Source: Saccostrea echinata
Lineage: Eukaryota
Assembly (NCBI RefSeq): GCF_033153115.1
Contig: NW_026889803.1
Span: 7,006,001 to 7,070,000, forward strand
Length of the DNA: 64,000 nt
Reading direction: 5' to 3'
In this document: positions 53,951 through 64,000 of the stretch, in pieces
How positions within the stretch are numbered: the stretch's first letter is position 1
How the letters are laid out: each line of letters begins with the position of its first letter
Notes under the pieces: generated by a model
Seen by the model: the letters and a program-made list of their open reading frames with translations, nothing else
Told to the model about the DNA's origin: nothing
Database searches by the model: none
Program-made: the position numbers and the translations under genes

Positions 53951-56486
53951 ACGAATCTCGCATGGTACTTGATTCTAACAAAATATGTTACATTACTTTT
54001 TTGTACAGTTCTTTATTTTTTGCACACTCAACTTCAAATGTGCTAATATTGCTAATCATTCTCAGGAAATATATATGTTAGACTGAGAAGTTTTTTTTTC
54101 ATAATGCAACATTCGTTTTTATTTCTATTGGTAAACATTTTTTTTTTTACATGTAACTAGAATGGGGGAGGCGATACTACAGTGTATAGACTTGTGTCAG
54201 TTCTTGGTATACCAAGCATCTCTTTTTTTTTTATTCAATGAAATTTTTTTATATACATTTTTTTTTATATATTAAAGATTTTGATGACATTAGCACACGA
54301 CAAAAGACATTGATACATATTTTGAGCTTATCACTTTTTGTGCCCCTGATATCTAAGGTCAGAGGCATATTGATTTAGTTCTGTGTGTTATTTTTTCACA
54401 AATTTAATCTTCCCTATATTTTTATGAGAAGAATATTGAGACTTTATTCATAGAAAATCGCAGATATTTACGAGATCGAATTTTCTTATCAATCTGCCAT
54501 TTTTCTTCACGCAAATTTACTGTAAATATATTACATTTGGCTGTGTATTCTTTTTCGCGCTTTTGGCGGAAAGAAACTTCCGCTAATTCAAGTACAACGC
54601 TAAGTGTTTTGAACATATATACATAAATAAGAACATAAAGAAATGCGCTAAATCAAATCCACAATAACTTGTTCAAAAATCAATTTCCGCTAAATATCGT
54701 ATATGCTAAATATAATACATTTACAGTATTTGGGTAGGATTCCAAAACGTTAACCTTTCTTCTAACTTCTGAAGAAAAAAAAAGGAAACTGTTTTTTTTT
54801 ATTTGTTGCACATTATTTTCCCATAGTGAAATCAAAGAGGATAATAATTATGGAAGCTATACATTTTTTTATTTATATGTTTCTCTTTCTTACACTAGCT
54901 AAGAAAATAATCTTGATTTTTTAAATAATTACAACTGTGGAAACTTATTTTATTAAATATGATAAAACAAATCAAAGAATGTGCGTATTCTTGCTCTCAA
55001 AGTCATAGAACAACATTAGGGCCTTGTTAAGTTTTCCTTTAATGGGGATAAAACATCTTTTACTATTAATGTAAAGTATGGTATAACGTATTTATTTTGT
55101 CATTTAAACTTTAAAGCTTTTAGATATAAACTTTTCGTATCATAAGGCTGCGTGATTTAAGCCCTATGTAGTTGCTTAACAAAAATTTTCCTCCAAAACC
55201 ATTTTTTTTCGGTATCAAAAAATGACACAGGGTCATTATTCTACAGGGTCATTTTTCTACAATCCACATGGAGAAAAATGACCCCGAGACCATAATTTCT
55301 ACAAAAAGTGGCTGAATTTTCTACGTAGAATATTGACCAAGGGGTCAAATATCTACGAAGAAAATTGATCCCCAGTCAATATTCTACGGGGGTCACTTTT
55401 CGTCGTTACACCGGCTGCTTAGTGCAAGTGAACTCCAGATTTTATTGATTCGGTTATCAAAATAATATTTTATCCAATCAGAGCAATCAGAATCAATTAT
55501 CAATTATTAAATAGAAATTAAATGATACACAAATCCATAAAAACCTAAACGTTTGAAGGATAAACTACGAAAACCCCAAAATGCAAACCATTTTTTTTTA
55601 TTGCAACTTAGTTGTTTTTTTTTTTTTTCAAGTTAGATTCGTTTTTTTTTAATTTCTTAAAAAAAACTTTTATTTTGTGTAATTAAGTTTTTTTTAAAAT
55701 TTAGTTTAAGTTTGCACTATCGGATTTCCATAATAAACACCAATAATATTCTTATGTCAAAAAGCGCTTAAAGAAATTTTAAATTCAAGAAACAAATGTC
55801 GTTTCGATATCAACAAGATGCCTTTATTACAATGAACTGTTTATTGAGTGAACACTTATCAGGTGACGCAACACAGATTCTTATTCGTTTCACAGTCTAA
55901 ACTTTGGCATATGAATGAGATTGTGAAAAAAACAAATTAGCCATTTCGATAAAAAAATTTATCTTTTAGGGATACATTATCAAGGTAACCCTCTCAGATT
56001 AATCGAAATGGCACACCTGGTCGATAAGTAAATATCTTATCTAGGACGTCCCTGCTTTTAATTGTAAACGTGGATGACCTTTAATTATTGTTTACCTGAT
56101 CATGAAATCTTCTCCCATCATATTTTTTTCTATCTACTGGCTGCTTTTGAAGTTTTACGTCAAAACATACATGAAACATCTAACTGTGGTGTAGATAATT
56201 TTTTTCATGTCCTTATAGTAATCCCCTCCTTTTATTTTTAACTTCACAGAACTATATACAGGAAATTCTTTTCAAGAACATCTTTCTTATTGTCAAATTA
56301 ATAATCAAGCATCGCTATTTACTTTTTTTCCTTTGTCATTAGAATCTCTCATTTAGAGATTGTTAAAAATCGTAAGTAATATGTTTCATAAACAATCATT
56401 GTTCTAGGAATTGGGGTAGATCATAAAATGTATTCATTTTGTTTCAAGAGTCAAGACATGTTGATCTTTTTGAACAGCAAGGCAAC

Positions 56487-57221
56487 TAGCTGCAATAATG
56501 TAGCGCTCTCCGATTTTTTTAATCTGATATTTTCAGGAGAGGGCTACAATTCCACTGCATCACCGTAATGGTACAAATATATTTCTTAGATACAGGCGAC
56601 TGCAGGCAAAATAAATTATTTTTGCATTCAACTTACTTCCAATAAGACGGAATTTTTATTCACTATCAACATCATAGCCCTTTATACGCGAAAACCAAGT
56701 AAAATAAATCTGCGTGTTTACCAGTCGTTCTCTTCAGCAGCCATGACAGTTCTCGCGTGATGTACTGAGACTTGCGCTTGAAATTTAGAATCACTTGATA
56801 AAGTAAATGTCGATGTTGATAAATGTTTGTGTTGTATGATATCACTAAACTTCGATAAATAAAAGCATTTCATGGGATATTTTTTCATAAACAGTGATAT
56901 TTATGCTTAAAATAAAGGAAATCCTAAACGATCCGCTCCCCTAGATCCCGGATTCTCATTGGTTGTCCCAAAATAAAATCGATCAAGGTCAGTAAACATG
57001 GCGGATAAATTTAAGTTGTGATGTTGACATACACGAAAAATAACCGATATACGGATTGTTCTGTATATTTTTGGATCTATTCATGTCTTGCATAACTACA
57101 TTTTATATATACATTTCAATAAAATACCCACTTACTGATAATTTGAGCCGAAATCTGTGCGGTAGTGAATCACTCCCGCACTTGCACCATTACGGAGATC
57201 CTAAGGAGTTGTAGCCCTCTC

Positions 57222-57276
<55 letters not shown>

Positions 57277-57302
57277 CGGAGAGGGCTACATTATTGCAGC
57301 TA
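56487..57302. mobile_element. Young non-autonomous DNA transposon with a 9-bp TSD and TAG..CTA termini (AcademH-like; MULE is the alternative)
   Basis: 27-bp TIRs tagctgcaataatgtagc(g/c)ctctccga with one mismatch. Perfect TSD CAAGGCAAC at 56478-56486 and 57303-57311. A52 tract at 57223-57274. Confidence 0.85.
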
Positions 57303-57920
57303 CAAGGCAACTTGTTTTGTCAAAAGCTAGTGACACTTTAGTCGCTGAAGTGGAAGCTCATTCACGAGAGAGAGAGAGAGAGACCAAAGACATCATGACG
57401 TAAACAATAACATTCTACCTTACTTAACATTATCTAAGCATCTTCCGAAAATAGGTACATACTACATAATACATCGTCTTTGTTTTTATGTTTTTATAAA
57501 TGGCTCTCTCCCGCCCTGACCTCTATCCCTCTTTCTTTTTTGATTGAAGTGTTATAATTATAAATAGATGTATTATATATTCGAGCCTTGTACAATGTAT
57601 CTGGATGCGATGAATTGCACATTGCACTTCGATCAAAGCCCTAAGTCAGTATAATCAGTTTAGAACTCAGACAATTTAGGACCGAGAAGTGATCATCAGT
57701 GTTTTCATCCAACAAAGAAACCGCGTCTTTTGGCATTTTGCTTCTGCTATAAACATGCGTTTCCTGCTTCCGATCAAACGACGTTTATCGTAGAAAAAAA
57801 AACAACAACAAAACTCCATAGTCATTTTTCGAACCCTTTTTCAAATATAACGCGACTTTGTGTAACTTTTAACTGTGTTCAAGATCGACACAATAGTAAA
57901 ATACACCAGTCTTATGAATT

Positions 57921-58097
57921 NNNNNNNNNNNNNNNNNNNNNNNNNNNNNNNNNNNNNNNNNNNNNNNNNNNNNNNNNNNNNNNNNNNNNNNNNNNNNNNN
58001 NNNNNNNNNNNNNNNNNNNNNNNNNNNNNNNNNNNNNNNNNNNNNNNNNNNNNNNNNNNNNNNNNNNNNNNNNNNNNNNNNNNNNNNNNNNNNNNNN
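57921..58097. other. Assembly gap (N run)
   Basis: Run of N. Confidence 0.99.
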
Positions 58098-58573
58098 CAT
58101 CTCATTTAAACAAATTGGAAATATCAAGAAACAATCATTATAGATTATACGTGCATTATTAATAAAATAAAATTGATTGGTTTTTTTAAGTTTTCAGCTA
58201 AAAAAAAAGTCTAATTTTAAGATTCTAGTGCACATGAAACAGCAATAAATACTTTTTTCATGCAATGAAATAAGGACAAAAATGATGTTACAAACCAAAT
58301 CTTCGTCCATGTCCCGTAAAATCAAATTGTACTGATAATCACTCTAAATTTCAGACAATAATCATATCTGAGTTAATTCTGCATGCAGGAGTTTGAAAGC
58401 ATAGTAACTAATTTTTTAAAAAAGAATTTCATTGTCATTGCCAAGATACATATTCATTTTTTTTCTAAAGATAAGTAATTAGAACGTTTAACCTAAAAGT
58501 CCTAAGGTCAGGCATAATTACGTAGTCTTAGTTTCATTGTTTTCGTCGTTCTAATTACCGGTCACTAAAGACC

Positions 58574-58605
58574 AGATAAGCAATCTTACCAGAAAAGTAT
58601 AAATA
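58574..58605 (+). promoter_or_regulatory. Candidate GATA site and TATA box of the GPx gene
   Basis: AGATAAG at 58574-58580 and TATAAATA at 58598-58605, about 50 nt before the ATG. Confidence 0.5.
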
Positions 58606-58653
58606 GAGGAAACCAAATTACGAAGTGAAACATTATTCAAAACAACTAACATC

Positions 58654-61391
58654 ATGCTTCTGCAAGTGGTATTCCTCATCGGTTTGGTGGTCTCGCCTAT
58701 TCTTGGCCTCATTGGGAAATGTTCACAACCAGTGTCTGACTCAACCACCATCTACGACTTTTCTATGCCAAACATATTCAAGACTGGAACCATCAATTTC
58801 GCAGACCTCCGAGGTAAGGTGGTTCTTGTTGTTAATGTGGCTACATACTGTGACCACACACCTCAGTTCCTGGGACTGAATGCTCTCCAGAAAGAATTTG
58901 GAACTGACCTTCAGATTATTGGAGTCCCTACTGACCAGTTTCATTATGTAAGTTTATCTCTTATTTTTCAGTACCTGTAATTTGACATGTTAATATATAC
59001 ATTTATTTATAGATAAAGAGTAAAAAATATATATATATAGATGTGCAAAAATCTTATGTACACATTGTATTTTTTCACGAGTCATATATCAGTAAACGGC
59101 TTTATATTCGTCCTCTGAATTCCTTGAAATAAAGCTGTTTTCCAGATTGTAAGGAATATGGCTCTTTTTAAATACTGCATCTGTTCAATAATGCTATTCA
59201 AATCAAATAACGTGAGTAAATATTTATTTTAAAATAGTAAATTAGCATTTTACGGTTACCACTTCACTAAACAATTGCTATTTCCTAGTCCATGGTCTTT
59301 TCAATCAAATCATTAAAAATCAAATAACTTATATTGTTACTTTTAAAATATTAATACATTGAAGAATAGTAACCGGCGTTTCAAACCTTTTCATTTGATT
59401 GTATTTATTTCAACTATTTACAGGGATGTAAATGTCCTACATTGTAAATGACAATCTGTTTGTTGGACTGTGTTTTTGAAAGTCATTGCTTGATTTACAG
59501 GAAGAGCCCGGAGCAAATGGAACGGAAATCATGAATGGACTGAAATATGTCAGGCCCGGAAATGGGTTTGTCCCAGCTTTCCCTCTCACCACTAAAACGG
59601 AAGTCAACGGCATCCATGAGCATAAGATGTTTACTTACCTGAAAGTAAGGAGTATTATCATAATGTAAATGTACCTAGATTCTAAAAGTCGGAAACTTAT
59701 TTATTTACTTCACTGAAACATTTTTGGTCTGTCAAGTATACTGGTGTCCATTTTATCATGGTATTCTGGGATTTGGATCTTATATTTTACATTGCAGCAG
59801 CGTTGTAAGACACAAGAAAACTACCCCCGGGACCTTTATTTGGACTTCCCTCACTGAAAAACTGCTGAACTTTCCTCAATGCAATTTTAATTTAAAAACA
59901 ACTATTCATTTTCCTTCATTTAGGTGTAGGTTCCTGTATTACCGAATCACTTGACTAAAGAGAAAACCTGTATAAGAAATGTTTGGAGCTCTGAATAATT
60001 AAATCTGCCCAGAAAATAAATTCCTGTCTTGCAAACACGGAATATCTTCTCTAGCAAAGGGTTTTCAGTTCATTGCATTTTCCGTTTTGGAACCAGAATA
60101 TAGGAAGGAGGGGGAGTCAGAGCCCCTCCCCAGGATTTTAGAGTTATTAAGTTTTTATGGTAAAGTAACCAAAAAATGACCCCCGTAAAAAATAAATAAA
60201 TTAAGCCCCTTGTAACTTGGTAAGATAATATGTAGGAAAGCGGATTGTCCATGAGGAGAGACCTCCTTTCGCCATTTTGGTCATAAAGTACATTTTTGGG
60301 AAGGTATTATTTTTTTTTTATTTAAAAAAAACTCTGAATTAGATTCTATTTTTATAAGTATATACTCCTCCCCTTAAAAAAAATCCTGGATCTCCCCTGG
60401 ATTGTATTTACTCAATTAATGAGCCAATGAAAAAATCCACTTATAAACATGTAAAGACGTCAGCCGAATGATTCCATTTCAGAATGCTCTCATTTTCTTT
60501 TCGTCTTTCTCTTTTCTTTTTGAAGGAAGACACGAAATCATTGGATTATTTAAAACTTTCGTGGATATTAAGATAAATGTGCTTATCATTCTGTAAAGTC
60601 TTTAACCCTGCCATTTGTGTTGACGTAGTATAAGTGATTGTTTTTAGAGTATTTGTTTAAATGCATATAAATTTGTACAAAATCTATCAATTGATATTGA
60701 AAAGATAAATTGAAAATTAAATTCAACATTCAATAATTAATAATTTAATGTTTAATAAAGGGTGTCATATTTAGCTTTGTACTTTGTGTATTCAATACAT
60801 AGATACATGTAACTTATGAAATGATTCCTTGACAGTCGTTGTTTCTTGTAAAATTATCAATGTTTTGAACGGTAGTCCAACTTTGTTGTGTTCTGGTCGA
60901 GCTTCGTTTTAGTCCGGCATATCTAATAGCGGTAGAGATTGTAAAATTAATTCCCGATTTTTAAGAGTAATTTTCGTCGGTACACTAAAAATAACTGATT
61001 TGAAAATTTCAGCTAGGTACATTGTTTATTTCAATCAAAATATTGTACATTTCTCTCATTTGCTGGTATTAATTAAAGCACAAAAATTGAGTCCATAAAT
61101 AATATACAATAGTATAGCTAAAATAGATAATAAATCAGTATTTTGTTTCTTCAGAAATACTGTGAACCAACAGATGAGCTATTTTATCCCGGTCTGACCT
61201 ACCAAGGAAATAAAGTCCATGATATCCGCTGGAACTTTGAGAAAATTCTCATTGACAGGACAGGTAAACCTGTCAAGAGGTATAACGTCTATGTACTTCC
61301 GGCCAATCTCCGTGATGACATACGGGCTCAGATTCAGGGTGCAGAACAACACCAACACAAACTTCCGGTCCTCGGATCATTCATTGGTTGA
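58654..61391 (+). CDS. Secreted Cys-type glutathione peroxidase (GPx3/5/6-like), 3 exons, about 224 aa
   Basis: Exons 58654-58947, 59501-59644 and 61155-61391 (phase 0). Signal peptide [18 protein letters not shown]. Motifs [31 protein letters not shown] (the insertion typical of the tetrameric GPx1/3 clade) and [11 protein letters not shown]. Confidence 0.93.
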
Positions 61392-61924
61392 GGATTTGAA
61401 AAAAAAAAAGAATTTAACGTTCTAGTGTATTCATTTTGATGAAAATCATTAAATGTCTTTAAAAGAAGAATTGTTTTCTTTTTTATATGTAATGGATTTT
61501 AAGGAGGTGTAAAAAATATTCTCGTTTACCTTAAGGATATCCGATCCTTAGCCAGGAAGGATAACTTTTAAAATTGTTATTTAATTAAAAAGTCTTCAAA
61601 TGAACCTTGAAATTGAACATTTCTCATGCAACAATTTCCATTTTACAGTGTATGCATCTTAGTATGATTCAAGTTTCTTTTAAGTCTAAAAAAGGGTATT
61701 GTAAAAAGTTGACATTTGTACCCTGTAAAAGTAAAAAAAAATTGTTTCTACACGCTTTTCCTGAATATACATGTACATGTATATTGGAGATTTGGTAATT
61801 TTCCCTTGCATATAACTATAATGATTAACTTCGAAGAAATACTTTGGGTAAATATTCATTACATTGTGATTTCAGAGATATTTTTGTGAGCATTTTCAAT
61901 TACTTAACTTCTGATTTTGTGAAC

Positions 61925-62420
61925 CTGAGGATCGGACAACCTTAAGTACTCCCTGGTGTATTTCTTTATTTGGTTTGATTTCAACTTTTCCTTATTTATG
62001 TACAATGTAGTAATATCCCGATATCATCTGCATATGGTGTTTACATCTCCGGATTTATTCGATACTGAAGAGCTTGTTCCGAGTACGATCATTTTTTGAA
62101 CCGAGAGAGGCTACTGACAGAAAAGTTGATGTTACAGGGATTTTAACAACCTCTTTTATAGTCAGCATTTCGTAAAATTAATTCTATGGTCGTTGTAATG
62201 ACCTTGTAAGCAAACCTATCACTGGCTCTGTGGAATTTCCAGGGGTCCGTGTGGTATGCCCTGTTCACAGATTTGTATAATTGTTTATAGATTTTTTTCG
62301 AGATCGATCACTGTTCACAGCTAGATTTGTTTAATTGTTTATAGATTTTTTTTTTAGATCGATCACTGTTCACAGATTTGTATAATTGTTTACAGACTTT
62401 TTTGATATCGATCACTTTTC
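61925..62420 (+). mobile_element. Second Penelope-like fragment, ending in three tandem repeats of about 50 bp
   Basis: 62020-62200 aligns to the reverse complement of 49960-50115 (aggctactgacag...aagttgatgttacag...tatagtcagcatttcgtaaa). The unit agatttgt.taattgttta.aga...atcgatcact is repeated at 62265-62415. Confidence 0.75.
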
Positions 62421-63079
62421 GCTTTCATCACCTTTCTCATCGGAATGCTAGGATGTAAGAATCGGTAGAGGGTCTCCTAAATGCAATAATTCTGTTATTA
62501 TGTGGCTACATTTTTTCATATACTAGTACTTGTGAGACATTGACGTCCGATGACACAAAAAACGCACTTCTGAAATTTTCAGTATTCAAAATGAGAAGTT
62601 TAAGGACTAATGACCCTCTGCTCTTGATTTCACATTTGTTTTAAACTTCCCACCATTGATTTTCATCAAGAGCTAAAGCATTAGATTCAGATGAAAAATA
62701 GTATTAGGCATGAGGTGCTGCTTATTTTTTCAGATATGATTTTTGTGGCAGACCATGATATGAAGAAATTTTAACACAGGGAATACGAAGAGTAAACAAA
62801 ACATCTTATGAATATTGACATATTTAATCCATTCAGTAAAGAAATACTCTGCATACAGATATGTACACGGATGTGTTTACGGATACGATTTTAAGACATG
62901 TCCTCATTAAATTAAGATATTCCTGTTAAGGCATAAAGGCAAAGAAATATGATTCAGAATATTTGTTATGACAACAATGTCAAATCCAGCACAGGTAGAT
63001 AAATGGAATTGCATTTGATGACCACGTGCCCACTAGCTGTAAAGTTAGAAGACGTTATTTATGTATATCTGAGGTGTCT

Positions 63080-63940
63080 ATGATGGCCACAACCTTAATC
63101 CTTATATCTATACTTTCCTTTCTCGTTTTCTTGTTTGTATTTTGGCGTAAGAAAAGGAATCTTCCCCCTGGACCACGTCCCATTCCATTCTTGGGAAATT
63201 TAATCCTGTTTCAAAAGGATCCGCGTGGATATAAAGCTTATACAAAACTTGCAGAAGAATATGGGAACATTTACAAACTTCACTGCGGATCTACCCTAAT
63301 AGTAATTCTAAACGGATATGACGCAATCAATGAAGCGTTTGTGAAACAGGCAGACGTCTTTACAGACAGACCTCAATTGTTCTTGCCATTGATTGGTGTT
63401 TCCAAAGGAACAGGTACTGGCAAATTCTCAGGAAATATATAAAAAAAAATCTTTAAACTTCTAACTTATGGTACCCTTTTCAGTCTCACTGCCCTATTAT
63501 ATATCTTGATCAATATTTACTGTAAAATGTACTTTCTTCAAGTTCCGTCTTCTATTGCTTCTTTCTAGTTGTTCTTCTGTTTAATTTTTTAACTCTTAAA
63601 TAAAATTCACCTGATTTAGTCTGTTTCACTGACACATTTTTGACAGTCATGTGTGAGTTAAATGGCTGCCAACTCCCCACACGTCAGTTTGTCATTAGAT
63701 GCAACGTTTTTCAGGGTTAACATACAACAGTGATCGACCATGGAAAATTCTCAGAAGGTTCGCATTGCAAGCTTTACGAGATTTCGGAGTTGGCAAAAAA
63801 TCATTAGAAGAGAGAGTAAAAGAAGAGGTAAACGTTGTCATGGAAACACTGACAGCAAGCAAAGGAGAACCAATCAGAGTAAAGCCACTCTTTCTGTCGG
63901 CTGCAACTAACATCATTTGCAGTGTTATGTTTGGTGCAAG
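63080..63940 (+). CDS. Cytochrome P450, clan 2 (CYP2-like), exons 1-2; the gene continues beyond the window
   Basis: Exons 63080-63413 and 63715-63940. N-terminal membrane anchor with a basic stop-transfer segment, hinge LPPGPRPIPFLGNL, helix C WKILRRFALQALRDFGVGKKSLEER (WxxxR), and NIICSVMFGAR. Confidence 0.93.
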
Positions 63941-64000
63941 GTACGGTAGAATTTCTGCATTACTGTGTTGACTAATATTGTGTCTGATTGTAATTTCTTT

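Noticed and set aside
61392-61520. Possible SECIS element in the GPx 3' UTR (ATGA...AAA...GGAT)
   Set aside because: No convincing helix II pairing, and the gene has TGT rather than an in-frame TGA.

Overview
AT-rich, intron-containing eukaryotic DNA with two N-gaps. The repeat types suggest a bivalve mollusc, probably an oyster (inference). Hand-spliced gene models give six genes in order: the first coding exon of CUX1/CASP (minus strand, missed by the ORF track), head-to-head with a complete 15-exon Nup88 (plus); a 3-exon NUDT16 (minus); an 8-exon secreted animal-type GH13 alpha-amylase homologue (plus); a 3-exon secreted Cys-type glutathione peroxidase (plus); and the first two exons of a clan-2 cytochrome P450 (plus). 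Introns and intergenic DNA hold many non-autonomous transposons: Helentron/HINE-type satellite carriers, hAT-like and AcademH-like MITEs, and Penelope-like RT relics. Four observations stand out. The amylase has an intact reading frame, but region IV NHD has become DSA, so it is a probable pseudoenzyme. The neighbouring GPx has altered active-site motifs. Both secreted proteins end in an extra hydrophobic-hydrophobic-Gly(-KRR) tail that looks like an amidation signal. A tandem repeat multiplies a Nup88 5' splice site. All homology calls are from memory and by eye; no database search was run.
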